Of a stretch of 64,000 nt of DNA, positions 30,284-41,307 are shown in pieces (within the stretch, counting starts at the first letter, position 1; each line of letters opens with the position of its first letter). The DNA is taken from IMG/VR virus record IMGVR_UViG_3300029812_000193; one strand, 5' to 3'. Origin of the DNA: a virus. The notes beneath the pieces are model-generated. The model did no database searches. It was not told the DNA's origin and saw only the letters and a list, made by a program, of their open reading frames with translations. The translations under genes and the position numbers were made by a program.

Positions 30284-30348
30284 GCGTTCTCTCCCTTGTT
30301 TTTTATTTCGTTTCCGCACTCACCACACACTCTTACCAAGATGGTCAT
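30208..30348 (-). pseudogene. 46-aa fusion ORF: CxxC N-terminus plus the C-terminal tail of a Y1 TnpA
   Basis: MTILVRVCGECGNEIKNKGENALYCESVGHISEDTIKKYIEEQKGR; ATGA overlaps on both sides. Confidence 0.7.
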
Positions 30349-30635
30349 TCATCCCCAAGCACCAAAAGGTGAGCAATTTCCTCACCCTCTTCTATGGTCG
30401 CCACACCCTCGAACGCCGTGAGCTTGATGACCAGCTTGCCCATGAACTTCGGGTGGACTAGGCCAGCACTCGCCTCGATGCCTTTTTTTATCAGTCCATG
30501 CTTACCGAGGATGATTCCTACCTCGTTCTCCTTAAGAGTTATCCATTCCTTGGTTTCTATGTACGCCCGCCTGTCGTACTCGAACCCGCCGATGGTCTTT
30601 TTCTCACTAGCGTGCAGGTCGATTATTTTAAACAT
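30345..30635 (-). CDS. Short dUTPase/dCTP-deaminase-fold protein
   Basis: TKEWITL, GLIKKGI, AGLVHPKFMGKLVIKL, EGEEIAHL; lacks the C-terminal motif. Confidence 0.6.
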   Translation of the reverse strand: MFKIIDLHASEKKTIGGFEYDRRAYIETKEWITLKENEVGIILGKHGLIKKGIEASAGLVHPKFMGKLVIKLTAFEGVATIEEGEEIAHLLVLGDE

Positions 30636-30986
30636 GCTTTCCCTCCTTAGTCCCTCTTAATTCGCTTGAATGTGTACACTCTACATCAATTGTCACTATT
30701 GTGCCTATGTCACTCAGCGTCAACAATTCTTCAATGGTGTTTCTGGTGTAAAGTACCTTCTTGTTTGGGAAATTCTCTCTTAACTTTTCAACAATGTCCT
30801 TTTTTAGCAACACAACTTTAACACCATCTTTACTATCGCAACCGTAACACTTTCCAAGTCCTCTGCCATAAACACTCTGTATCGCTCTAAATGCACTGAG
30901 AGGATACTCTAATCTGATATCCTTGAAATCGCAATTTGGACACGATACCATACACCCAATATCACCTTTTATGGCATACATCTCAT

Positions 30987-31607
30987 TCATACCCCCTTCT
31001 TGGAGCAATCCTTGCAGTATATGTGTCCCGTCTTCCCGTATATGAATCCCCTAACACCGATGGGCACAAACTTGCCGCAGTCCTCGCACTTATCTGGGAG
31101 TTCGTCTAGAGTTGGCAGGTGCTTCTCCACTATCTTCGGTGCGGGCTCTGCTACTGTCTCATTCTCTTGCTCTGAAATCAACGTTTTTTGTACGACCTTC
31201 TCATGTTTCTCAGGCTTGGCTTCGGTGGGGAGTTTTACTATCGGCCCCTTGTCCACTTCTTTCTCAATCCTTTTCTCAGCCTCTTCTACCTTCCGCCTCG
31301 CTCTCTCTATATCTCCAATGTGTCCCTCGCCCCCCTTTCCGCAGAACACGTGACCGTACTTCTTCAGCGACTCTTTCTTGGTTTCTCCACTTACGTAAAC
31401 CATACATCCTTTAGCTTCACAAATGCCATCCTTCTTTCCACTTTCGAGTTCAAATGGGAACTCCAACTCAGGCTTTTTTGGTATCAGCCCAGCCATCTTG
31501 GTTGCAAGCTCTATCTGGCCTGTTTTTTCTAACGAGTCAATGATTTGCTCGACATGCTCCTTCTTTAGGATAAGTTGGATTGTATCGTCCACTTCTTTGA
31601 GATTCAT
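30987..31607 (-). CDS. Hypothetical protein with Cys clusters
   Basis: CEAKGC and CEDCG...YCKDC motifs. Confidence 0.55.
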   Translation of the reverse strand: MNLKEVDDTIQLILKKEHVEQIIDSLEKTGQIELATKMAGLIPKKPELEFPFELESGKKDGICEAKGCMVYVSGETKKESLKKYGHVFCGKGGEGHIGDIERARRKVEEAEKRIEKEVDKGPIVKLPTEAKPEKHEKVVQKTLISEQENETVAEPAPKIVEKHLPTLDELPDKCEDCGKFVPIGVRGFIYGKTGHIYCKDCSKKGV

Positions 31608-31614
31608 ATTCGGC

Positions 31615-32034
31615 TCACCACACGTTCATATCGTAGACAATGGTCAACCCCTCATCTATCAGTCCCTGCATCAGCACGTCGTACTCAGACCTCGCCCCGT
31701 AATACCTGAGATACTGCCTCGTGTCGTTTATATTATACACCACCACGCCAGCAACAACGTCCCGCCCCTCCTTCAGGTAGAAGGTCACGTTGGTCTGGAA
31801 GAACGTATCTGTATATGTCGTGTTCGCTTCATAACCACAGTTAGTAAGGACACTGTGCACCTGCTCCTGCGTTCCGTACACCTCGACGTAGGCCGCTTTC
31901 CACGCCATCGGTACAACGCAGAGGGTATAGATAGCAAGGGTGCCAGCCACGAGAATTATGCCGATAACAACCGCTACCGCAATTCTCCTATTGCTCCATT
32001 CTCTGGGTTTACCCCCCTCTGGTTTGTCTGGCAT
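31615..32034 (-). CDS. Single-pass membrane protein
   Basis: One N-terminal TM helix. Confidence 0.55.
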   Translation of the reverse strand: MPDKPEGGKPREWSNRRIAVAVVIGIILVAGTLAIYTLCVVPMAWKAAYVEVYGTQEQVHSVLTNCGYEANTTYTDTFFQTNVTFYLKEGRDVVAGVVVYNINDTRQYLRYYGARSEYDVLMQGLIDEGLTIVYDMNVW

Positions 32035-32174
32035 TATTCTCCCCTCTTTGATTTCTTAACGTCAACCTCAATGGTATCCCCCACTTTGATGTCGAGCAAG
32101 TCCACCACTTCCCTCGGGATGGTGATGCCAAATGATGTGCCCATCCGTCTAACTCTTTTTACAAATGTAGTCAT
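32034..32174 (-). CDS. AbrB/MazE/SpoVT-type protein (not in the ORF track)
   Basis: KRVRRMGTSFGITIPREVVDLLDIKVGDTIEV. Confidence 0.8.
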   Translation of the reverse strand: MTTFVKRVRRMGTSFGITIPREVVDLLDIKVGDTIEVDVKKSKRGE

Positions 32175-32307
32175 AATATTCCCAATAACAAAATGCATAT
32201 AAAGTATAAAAATATAACGCTTTAGAAGGATAAATTTATATAGTGCAACGTAATACCATAGAGTAGACCGAAAAATCGGTTACATACGCCGAAAAGGAGG
32301 TGGGACT

Positions 32308-32631
32308 TTGGCGAAGAGAGAAAAGAGAAACTTTACGCTCGTAGAGATAGTCAGCGGAACGCCTACTGTGACAGGACTGTACACTGGGTACCAGCCACGC
32401 GATGCCGCTCTGAAGTGTGCAGGCAGAGGAAGGACTAAAATAGTGCTCAGGGAATCTGGAACCAAGAAACTGCATTTCTTTAATGGTACGAGAGAGCAGG
32501 TCGACAAACCAGAAGGAGCACCAGACTGGCTATTAGATAAGGTCTGGGCATCCAACGTCGAGAAGGTTGGCACCAGACAACTGAAGTGGAACGAGCTGGC
32601 GAGGAATCCGAACGAACTGTTCGAGTTCTGA
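32308..32631 (+). CDS. Non-histone chromosomal protein MC1 homolog
   Basis: RNFTL, YTGYQPRDAALK, IVLRESGTKKLHFF, PEGAPDWL and NVEK match MC1 signature blocks. Confidence 0.85.
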   Translation: MAKREKRNFTLVEIVSGTPTVTGLYTGYQPRDAALKCAGRGRTKIVLRESGTKKLHFFNGTREQVDKPEGAPDWLLDKVWASNVEKVGTRQLKWNELARNPNELFEF

Positions 32632-32694
32632 TTCCTTTCCACTTCTTTTTATTTTTTTATATTCATCCAATTAAGAGAAGGGAGGTGACAGAAA

Positions 32695-33021
32695 ATGGCA
32701 GAACCGAAGAAAGCTCCGATTGCACTGGTCTCAACACCAAGCACGGTAAAACCGCTGTTCGCTGACGAGGTAATGCTCGGAACCATGGTGAAGTCGATAA
32801 AAGGCAAGGACGGAGTTAAAAAGGATGGTATGGTAAAGCTCTGCTTTATCGATATGATTAGGAAACAGATACTGGTCGAAGTCGTCATAACGCCGATTAC
32901 CGCCGAGGCACTTTCAAACTTGCTGAACGATAAGCTCAAAGAGCTGGACAAGGAGCTAAAGAGCAAGAAGATGCCCGAAAAACCTATAGTAAAGAAGGAG
33001 GAGGTAACAGGGTATATTTGA
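32695..33021 (+). CDS. Hypothetical protein (DUF3467-like topology)
   Basis: PLFAD...VKLCFID...VVITPITAEALSNLL. Confidence 0.5.
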   Translation: MAEPKKAPIALVSTPSTVKPLFADEVMLGTMVKSIKGKDGVKKDGMVKLCFIDMIRKQILVEVVITPITAEALSNLLNDKLKELDKELKSKKMPEKPIVKKEEVTGYI

Positions 33022-33067
33022 TGCTTCACCCATACCCACAATTTTTTATCGTAGAAGTTAATTAGAC

Positions 33068-34090
33068 TTGATGATAAAGAAATTGACCACTCTGTTGATT
33101 GTGTTTTTTCTGTTCATGATTAACATCCCGATAGCCAGTGCCGTCCCTACATCCATAGACCTCTGGAACACCGACACGGAAGTAACACACTACGAGGATG
33201 TTGTTTTCGCAGCCACGCTGGTCGGCGGCAAGTACAAGGACTTGGTAACGTTTAACGTCACGAGAAACAACGACAGTCTTGTAGTATTCAGCGGAACCGA
33301 CCTTACCGATAAGCACGGGGTTGCACTGGTGCAACACACAGTCTACTCAGGCCTTGTGGCGACTAACTACACCCTGACGACATACCCGACTGATTACCCG
33401 TACATCAACGATAGCGTGAACATAACCATCTCACCGACAGACCCAGACTACATACCATCCATCAGGTTAAGTCCATACGCTGTGATGGGATACGACTACT
33501 GTGCGGTTTTTATAGTTCATAGCGAGACTAAACCAGAGGATAACGTCCCTATAAACGTCTCAATCATAGACCCCTACACAAATGAGACAGTATGTAATAG
33601 AATAGTATACACCGACGAGTTTGGAACCACTACAGAGTGCCATTACATCGACCCAGCGATATTCGAGGTGGATAAACACTACATCTGCGATATGGAGATA
33701 CTCAATAAGAGCGATTTGTCAGACGTGATAGCACATGAATATCATGGTTTTCTCATCGTACCCAGCCACGACGTGACCGAGTATGTGACATCCTACGTGC
33801 CTGCCAAGACCATCTTCAGGGTGAAGCCGATTACCGAAATCTCCGTTAAGGACGGTAACATAGTGATAGACAACAACCAAGACGTGCAAATAGAAATCTA
33901 CAAGAACGGCATAATAAAACGTGTCATAGATACGAGCACTGACGAGCTATTCAGTCCAGATAAGCCGTACTTGAGTAGCGACACGTACCTTGTCAGGGCA
34001 CTCCGCAACGGCTTGTTGGTCGACGAGGAGTACGTCGTTGTCAGGAGCCGCTTGGACGATTTTTTCAACTTCATCTTCGGTAGGTCTTAG
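33068..34090 (+). CDS. Secreted Ig-like beta-rich protein
   Basis: Signal peptide ending PIASA; repeated TD..G strands. Confidence 0.62.
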   Translation: MMIKKLTTLLIVFFLFMINIPIASAVPTSIDLWNTDTEVTHYEDVVFAATLVGGKYKDLVTFNVTRNNDSLVVFSGTDLTDKHGVALVQHTVYSGLVATNYTLTTYPTDYPYINDSVNITISPTDPDYIPSIRLSPYAVMGYDYCAVFIVHSETKPEDNVPINVSIIDPYTNETVCNRIVYTDEFGTTTECHYIDPAIFEVDKHYICDMEILNKSDLSDVIAHEYHGFLIVPSHDVTEYVTSYVPAKTIFRVKPITEISVKDGNIVIDNNQDVQIEIYKNGIIKRVIDTSTDELFSPDKPYLSSDTYLVRALRNGLLVDEEYVVVRSRLDDFFNFIFGRS

Positions 34091-34398
34091 AGGATTTCGC
34101 CAGTAGCCTTGTCTATCTTGTACTGACCAGCGTCCTCGGTCACGGTCTCGTTTGTGAACATCTCGGTGATTTTTACAGTTACCAGCCAGTGGTCTCCCTT
34201 ATCCTCTGCGGTAGCGATTGCCCTATTCTCAGGAATCATTACCCTGTCCTTCCACCATTCCTTGAGTGCTATCTCCTTCGCCTCGTCCTCCGTGATGTCA
34301 CTCAATCCGTTCCCCCCTCCTTCACACTCCTTGTATATGCAGGCGGATGCCAGAACGATGAGCAGTATCAGGCACGCCACCTGAAACGCCCTTTTCAT
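34087..34398 (-). CDS. Putative lipoprotein
   Basis: LLIVLASAC lipobox-like signal; PepSY-like ITEDEAKEIA...YKIDKATGEI. Confidence 0.5.
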   Translation of the reverse strand: MKRAFQVACLILLIVLASACIYKECEGGGNGLSDITEDEAKEIALKEWWKDRVMIPENRAIATAEDKGDHWLVTVKITEMFTNETVTEDAGQYKIDKATGEIL

Positions 34399-34630
34399 GA
34401 TGTATTTTTACTCCCCTTTGCTCTTTGCCAGTGCGATAAACTCAGCATGGCACTTCTCTTTTATCTTCTCGTATTCCTCTGGGGTTATCTCCAGTGTTCT
34501 CAGCACGAAGTCCCTTGTTGGGCACTTCTTCGCAAGTCCGCAACAGTATGAAAGGTTAAAGCAAGTCAACCCCTCTATCTGTTCAATTGTCAATTTCTTC
34601 ATCAATTCCTCCTCCAAAATATATCTTCCC

Positions 34631-35183
34631 TTCGCCCATGTGTGAGAATCGGCTAAGGAGATTTGGTTTTCTTTGCCTTTTTCTTTGGCTTATCTGATTC
34701 TACTTTCTTCAACGTTTTCTGGTAGCGTTCCCTCATCTCCTTCTCGTGCTCTTTCCAATGCTTGGCACCGATTTCGACAAGCATCGGCGATAGGCAGGTG
34801 ACTGGGATGTCCGTTTTATAATGTATCAATCTTACGGCTCTATGTAGTTCAGACGATATAACAGTACGCAAGAACCCCATTTTTATCACCAAGTAAACAT
34901 GTGTTTTATTGGTATTAAATGTTTCTGCTGTTTTTGTTGTAGGACGAGAAATCCAGCTCCGTCGGAGCCGATAGTTCACCCACGTGTGAGAAAGAACTGA
35001 AAAAAGCTGAGCTAAAGAAGAGTACTTCCGCTTCTTCTTGAAAAAACCCAATAGCAGTGAGGGTGTCAAGATAAGGAGGAGAGATACACGTTCTCCCCGC
35101 TTACTATTCGCCCACCTGTGAGAAACAAGAGAAGGACGAAGAAGATAGCGACCCTGTTTCCCAGTTTTTCACCCACGTGTCCT
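34631..35183 (+). repeat. 17-bp boxes at 34631, 34975 and 35107, plus a degenerate copy at 35168
   Basis: Direct sequence match. Confidence 0.9.
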
Positions 35184-35539
35184 ATTGGGAAAAGGATAAA
35201 TAGATGTAGTCGATAGTTAAAAATCATGGGGAAAATATATCCGCCCATTGCTCATAGCATCGTAGACCTCAAAGACGTGATAAGGGGAGAAGACCTCAGC
35301 GTTGACTTTTTTGCGAATGAAGCGACGGCGATTGCTATGGAATTGGGGAAAGAGTATTCTGACTTTGGCTACATCAACGAGAAGATACGTCACCTATCAG
35401 AGCTAAGGGTATTAGCGTGTCGGGCAAGCATCAAGGGGAAGAGGAGTATGAAAGTCGGGTTCCCCTCGTATGACGACCCCGAAGTTAAAGACTGCATCAG
35501 AAAACTTGAATAAAGGTAAGTGGAAGTGGAGTAAAAATC

Positions 35540-35974
35540 ATGGGCAAAATTGGAGGCTCAACTGAATTCGCCTACACAGAGAATGAATGTAAAGAGGTCG
35601 GAGGGGCATTCAACCCAGTGACATGCGTGTGCAGATTCCCGTCAGATATGAAGCGGTTGCAGGCAAATATATATCGTCTCCTTTACTTTGAACGCCCAGA
35701 AAGGACAGACCCAGAACTGCTCACCGTTGTAATAAGAAAAGACAAGGCGGGCTTGTTCGACTTTATGAAGGCGTACACAGAGTGGGACTCCGTTGGAAAA
35801 TGGGAGGAGTTAAAGGAGGGCAACGTCTCCATAGAAGTGCAGTTCAATGATACACCAGAAGAAGACATAGGCGAAGAACTGATGGAACAATTAGAAAAAT
35901 ACAATGAGAAGGTTGTTGGCGAGGAACTGCTATATGCAAGAACCGTCTCGATAGAAGAGACGACTCTAAAATAA
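35540..35974 (+). CDS. Hypothetical protein with an N-terminal two-Cys microdomain
   Basis: TENECKEVGGAFNPVTCVC. Confidence 0.55.
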   Translation: MGKIGGSTEFAYTENECKEVGGAFNPVTCVCRFPSDMKRLQANIYRLLYFERPERTDPELLTVVIRKDKAGLFDFMKAYTEWDSVGKWEELKEGNVSIEVQFNDTPEEDIGEELMEQLEKYNEKVVGEELLYARTVSIEETTLK

Positions 35975-36000
35975 CTTCATATCTTCCATTCAGCCTTTTT

Positions 36001-36699
36001 TCAAGATTGGCTCATTTTCTCTACTTGTTTCTTTAATTTGAGCATTGCCTTCAGGTCGAACTCTCTCGGCTTGGATACTGGATATTCGTCGTCCATGTAG
36101 GTCACATTTAGTGGTTTTAGGAGGTCGTAGAAGAACTTGTCACACCACGGCGGAGTCCACGCCCCAGACCTTGCGATGTACGTAAGGAGTACTTGCGTGT
36201 CTTCGATGTAATTCGATAGTTCAGAATATGGAACTTTTTTGAATCTTTTACGTGGACATTTACCAAAATGCTCGCCCCACTCTGGGTACACCCAGATGAA
36301 GTTCCATGTAGTCTTTACTCGATATAGGCACTTCAACCAATTCTGTGCTACGATATCTCTACCATCCCAACAATCGCTATGGGTGTCGAAATTAACCACG
36401 GTGATGTCCTTTGCTTTTATGATGTCGAAGATATTATAAGCAAATATGTGCGATTCACCCACGTATGCGTGATGTGGTTTTAGTCCAATTTCATTCAATT
36501 CGTTCCAGAAGCTCTTATATAGTGGTACTGGTCTGATGTCCAGCAAATCGTGACGGAGCATCCAGAGTTCCTCTATGAAGAACTTGTTTTCCTTATGTCC
36601 GATGTCCGCCAAAGTAAGTTTATTATCGAAGAAGAAGTCCCAGTCCACCGTCAACAGAACATCCATCGTTTCTTGCCCCCCTATCTTTTCTCTTTCCAA
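36001..36699 (-). CDS. UPF0489/arginase-fold-like protein
   Basis: LTVDWDFF, ESH, VNFDTHSDCW, ARSGAWTPPWCD. Confidence 0.58.
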   Translation of the reverse strand: MEREKIGGQETMDVLLTVDWDFFFDNKLTLADIGHKENKFFIEELWMLRHDLLDIRPVPLYKSFWNELNEIGLKPHHAYVGESHIFAYNIFDIIKAKDITVVNFDTHSDCWDGRDIVAQNWLKCLYRVKTTWNFIWVYPEWGEHFGKCPRKRFKKVPYSELSNYIEDTQVLLTYIARSGAWTPPWCDKFFYDLLKPLNVTYMDDEYPVSKPREFDLKAMLKLKKQVEKMSQS

Positions 36700-37611
36700 C
36701 GAAATTCCAAACCGTGTGTCTTTGCCATTTTGATTATCTCATTGAGTATGTTCTCGCTGTCTGGTCTGTAGCCTGTATCGATGACGATTTCATATCTTGT
36801 CATTTCTTTTTTCACTCCCTTCACAGATTCCATCCATGAAATCGGACACCTCGTTGGCGAACCTTATCGCATCGTCCAACTGCTCAAATGTCTCGGCATC
36901 CTGCACCGTTATCCCGAATGCATCCCCTATCGCACCTTCGAGGTCGCAATCACAGTCAGCTTCTGCCTGCAAGATGTGTTTGGACAGGCGTACCTCGTAT
37001 TTTTTGCCGACCTTTTCAACAATCGTGAGTGGGCACTTCACCTTTGGGTAGTTTGCTATCTCCGTCATATCCCTTCTCTTCACTTTATCCCACGTTCCTT
37101 TTTCAATTTTTCTACATCTATTGCCAAGTCTCTTTGCCATTCAAGGATTTTGATTATTTTATTAATTTTAGTTAAGAAATTTGTTAAGTCTGCATCGATA
37201 CCTGCTGTTAAGGTTTTTATTACCTTATGTTGTCTTTCAACCTCGCCTTTCACTGCTTTAGGCGTTCCATCTAAACTGTCCGCAAGAGAATAAACTCCAC
37301 AATTTGAACAGTTCAATAGAATGATACCGCCTTTACAAGTTGGTTCTCGTATTACGTCAGCGTTCTTGCCACATTTTTCGCATTTCAATTTCTTCATCAA
37401 TTTCGCCCCCGTCTGTAAATCTTTCTTCGCCCATGTGTGAGAAATTGGCTGAATCACAGGCAGTTTCATCTCCTCGTGGAAGCATGGGCTGTCCCGAAGG
37501 ACAACTTATGCAGAACATTTCAAGAGGTGAAAAGCCACGAGGACTGGATGCCACCTGCGATTAGCCTATTTTGTCGCTCCTTTTAACGCCCTCCATTTGA
37601 TTCTACTATTG

Positions 37612-38223
37612 TTATACAAATTTTCCTGCAACTTTATCTAAATAGTCGGATAGTTCCCTATTGAATGCCCTGAAGTCTTCGGTATCTTTTTCTTTGTATT
37701 CATTCGTATCCCAATCATATGTAAATCCCGCACAAATTAGTATATCTCTGTGAAGCTTTACTCTCATGCGTTCCAATTCTAATACAGACTCTGGCGATTG
37801 AACTGCTAATACAGAAACAACTCCCCCTCTCATAATGTTTCTCAATCTCTTCACAATATGTCCTGCATAATTATCAACGAGTTCTTTTGGAACTTGCCTA
37901 CCAGCAAAGACCATATAGGTTGATTCTTTCCACTTCTGATATTCATCCAACGTTCCTTTCCACCCCTTATCTTCTTGGTAAATCAACGTTACAGTCTTCC
38001 CTCCATCTTCAGTTATCAGTGTTGCATCGCCTTTCAAAACGGACATCTTTTGTTCCTCAGTTATGCCCGACATACAGCCAAGCGTTTCTAATGCCCATTC
38101 TTTCCTGTCTTCCATCCAATATGCCTGACGGACTAAATCTACAATTCCTTCAGGTTCGATTCTAAAGTGCAATGTTCCTGTCTCTACTATTGCCATCCAT
38201 CTCACCCCTTCTTCTTCGAGCAC
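37612..38223 (-). CDS. Hypothetical protein
   Basis: 203-aa ORF in a minus-strand operon. Confidence 0.55.
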   Translation of the reverse strand: MLEEEGVRWMAIVETGTLHFRIEPEGIVDLVRQAYWMEDRKEWALETLGCMSGITEEQKMSVLKGDATLITEDGGKTVTLIYQEDKGWKGTLDEYQKWKESTYMVFAGRQVPKELVDNYAGHIVKRLRNIMRGGVVSVLAVQSPESVLELERMRVKLHRDILICAGFTYDWDTNEYKEKDTEDFRAFNRELSDYLDKVAGKFV

Positions 38224-38647
38224 TCACACAACTCGCCACGCTCTCTCATCGCCTTCCTGTTGTACGGAACTACCGTTATCGCAAGAACCTTGCCACACTT
38301 GTCGCAACGCCCCTTCGTGTATGAGTTGATTGCCTTCCACATGGCTTTCTCTATCACCTTGCCGAACACGTCCTCGACGGTGAAGCCGTATTTCTCGATT
38401 TTCTTGACTAATGCATCGTCCAGTTTGATTTCGTTTATTTTTACTTTTTTTGTCATTACTATCACCATTTCCTCACGATGCTCTCTCATATGCCTCCTCG
38501 ACAACGAGGGTGAACTCTCCACATTTCTCGCATTTATAGGAGTGGAACACACCCTGCGGTATGTTCGCTACCCCTATATATTCCAAGTCCATGCAACCAC
38601 ACTTGTGGCACTTCATTGTTTCAATCTCCTAAGTCATCCGCTATCGG

Positions 38648-39253
38648 TCAATCAGCACTGAACACGTGCCAGTATCCGATTGTCATGGCAGTTCCGCAGG
38701 TCTCGTGTCCGCCGTTGCACTCGTCCCACTTCTTACGAGAACCGCAACCGCACATGTCGAAGCCGTATCCGTTGACGCAGGCATCACAGTTCACCAAATT
38801 TGGCTCTGGTATGGTTATGCCAGCCTTCTCGCTCAGCAGTTCCTTCGGTATAGGAGTGGGTATGTCCCTGACCTTGACGTATCCACACTCGCACACGTCC
38901 TCGATGTCGTCTGCGGTTATCGGCTCAAGTCCGACCTTTCTTCTGAACTCTGGCGTTAACGCCTCCACCTGCTCTTCGTATTGTCTTCTCGCCTCTTCTG
39001 GCGTTATCTCTGGGACTTTCGGGAGATAAGCCCCCCCTTCCCTCATATCTACTGGTCTCATTCTACTCGTGTCACCTCTTGGTATCTTGTCAAATTTCGC
39101 ATCGCACTCCGCACAGATGAAATCTCCTTCTGGATACGGTTTGCCCTGACGCTTACGCTCCTCGACGGTATTTGCGTCAGGTATGCGGTTCACGAACCTG
39201 CCACTGCCCCAAGCGACAGATTTACCACACTCGTTGCAGATTTCACACATCAT
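38648..39253 (-). CDS. Cys-rich hypothetical protein
   Basis: Start revised to ATG 39253 behind the promoter cassette; CNECG, CAEC and further Cys clusters. Confidence 0.55.
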   Translation of the reverse strand: MMCEICNECGKSVAWGSGRFVNRIPDANTVEERKRQGKPYPEGDFICAECDAKFDKIPRGDTSRMRPVDMREGGAYLPKVPEITPEEARRQYEEQVEALTPEFRRKVGLEPITADDIEDVCECGYVKVRDIPTPIPKELLSEKAGITIPEPNLVNCDACVNGYGFDMCGCGSRKKWDECNGGHETCGTAMTIGYWHVFSAD

Positions 39254-39263
39254 TTCCACCTCT

Positions 39264-39299
39264 ATGTTTAATATGTTTCTTATGTTTATAAAGTTTATG
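39264..39299 (-). promoter_or_regulatory. Promoter cassette copy 1 (TATA box TTTATA)
   Basis: 36 bp identical to the copies at 41667 and 44080; minus strand CATAAACTTTATAAACATAAGAAACATATTAAACAT then GAGGTG and ATG. Confidence 0.85.
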
Positions 39300-39339
39300 C
39301 TATGAGAACGGTGGCGTGAACCATCAACTGCAACTATAT

Positions 39340-39551
39340 TTCGCCCACGTGTGATAGATTGTGCCAATAGGAATTTATTATTCTTAGGGGGAATAAGGTG
39401 AACCTCACCCACGTGTGAGAAAAACTGGTATTTGATTCAAAAGTAAATCGGATTTAATTTGAAGTTAAATCCTGCACAAAAATACACTACAAGGTTGATA
39501 CTACCTGTTTTATTCGACGGGTGTAAGAAGACTTCTTCGCCCACGTGTGAG
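39340..39551 (+). repeat. Three 17-bp boxes upstream of promoter cassette 1
   Basis: At 39340, 39404 and 39536. Confidence 0.93.
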
Positions 39552-39796
39552 AAATTGGGCGATGTTTACGCCCACTTAAGCCCTAATTTGTCTATCGTAA
39601 AGGACTTTTCACAATTCTCGCACACAACCGTTTTCTCAATACTGGACACATCATCCCAGTTAAGATTTGAGATTGTGTTTCCCTTTACTTCAGCAGAGCC
39701 AGAACCGTATGTTACGCCACTAACTCTTACTCCACCTTCTATCTCGTTTCCGCAGTTCGGACATTTGACCACTTCTATCACCTCCCCTTCCTGCTT

Positions 39797-40219
39797 TTAT
39801 TTCTTAGATACTTCCTTTTTCAGGCTACGCATGGCATCAAGTATGGGGTGGCTAATATCACCACCACGCTTGCTGTATATATCATTCCTTAAGTGTTCGA
39901 GTTCCCTGCTCTCATCCGCACTCAATCCACGCTCCAGTTTCTCCGCCAGAAAGTCGGGCAGTTCCTGTCCTACCCTCTTCATCAGTTTCGCTGTTAGGTA
40001 GAAGTAAATACCCATATCCTCGCTTGACATCGGTGCAGTCAGGCTCGCTGTGTAAAGATACACGCAAACTTCAGCATCGCCGACCTTTTCACAGTCTGGA
40101 CTTATCAAGTCACCAAGCCCCAGAGTAAGCCTCTCGGCTCTCACCTCGTCCAGAAGCCACTCAGGAATCTGTTCAGCCCATCCACTATCCGCAACTACCA
40201 GCCTGTTCTCTTTCTTCAT
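39797..40219 (-). CDS. Hypothetical protein
   Basis: 140-aa ORF with GAGGTGA RBS. Confidence 0.55.
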   Translation of the reverse strand: MKKENRLVVADSGWAEQIPEWLLDEVRAERLTLGLGDLISPDCEKVGDAEVCVYLYTASLTAPMSSEDMGIYFYLTAKLMKRVGQELPDFLAEKLERGLSADESRELEHLRNDIYSKRGGDISHPILDAMRSLKKEVSKK

Positions 40220-41307
40220 TTCATTTCACCTCTAATTTCTCTTTGAGATATTCGATGATTTCTACCCGCATATCAACCCCCTCCTCTTTTTGGAGGTCTA
40301 ATATTTGGTTTGAAAGCCCGTAAGCAGTGCCATTTATATCATCGATTCTTTTTCGTATTTTATCATTCATTTCATTTCACCTCGCTCAACCAAGTTCCAT
40401 GATTATATCTAATAACGTGCATCTGTCTATCTGCTTAACTACACGCTCAGCCAAATATGGTGACCACTTGTATTTTTGCACCAATATCTTCCCTGCCCTT
40501 TCTTCATGTTCCTTTGTCGTTCCTTTGTTCATCCTTTCCACTTCCACCTATTTTTAGATGGACGACTGGGCTTTAACACCTCAGTCGTCTTCTTCGTCTT
40601 CTTCTGGCTTGGGTATCACGGCGACGGGGATGGTGTCGTAGTTGCCCTCTTCGGCACTCTCCAGCCCCAAGAACTTCAGAACTTCCTTCTGCACGTCTTC
40701 TTTCAGGTCATGTATGAATATCCCATATACATGCACGTAAATCACCTCCTTTCAAGCGGTCTGAGTGGGTTGATTATATCAAACCCCTTCCTCGCCAGTT
40801 TTCTTATCTCGTCCTCTGTGAGCCATTTTAGAGCAACCGCACCGTTATCGACTATGCAACAGTGGTGCTTGTCGCCGACCTTCGTGGCTACGTGGACTAT
40901 CCTCTTCGATTGAATTTCTTCCAACGTTACCGCTTCGCACATTTCATCTCTTGCATGGGAGTTCTCGAATAGACACATACGATTGAAGTGCATTTGTGTG
41001 CAACAATTCTCTTTGCAATATTTTTCGTCAACCGTTGCTCTAAACAATTTTACCTTCATGACCGCTCACGCTCCTCAGCGGTGCGTTTTTCGAGTTTCTT
41101 GTGTGCATCCCTAATCATATCTTCAATCGAATACATCACCCGCTCACCCATCATCTCGATGTTGATTGTTTTTGCTCCCTTCGTAACTGTATAAGGCACG
41201 CCTCCTATCTCTCCATCACACAAGAACTCTCTAAATCTCAACGTTCTTGCATCGTCCAATTTCCCTTTAATCGCCATTTACTTCACCCCTTATTTCTCAG
41301 TCCTTTC

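Noticed and set aside
31423-32202. 259-aa plus-strand ORF
   Set aside because: Antisense to three credible coupled minus-strand genes
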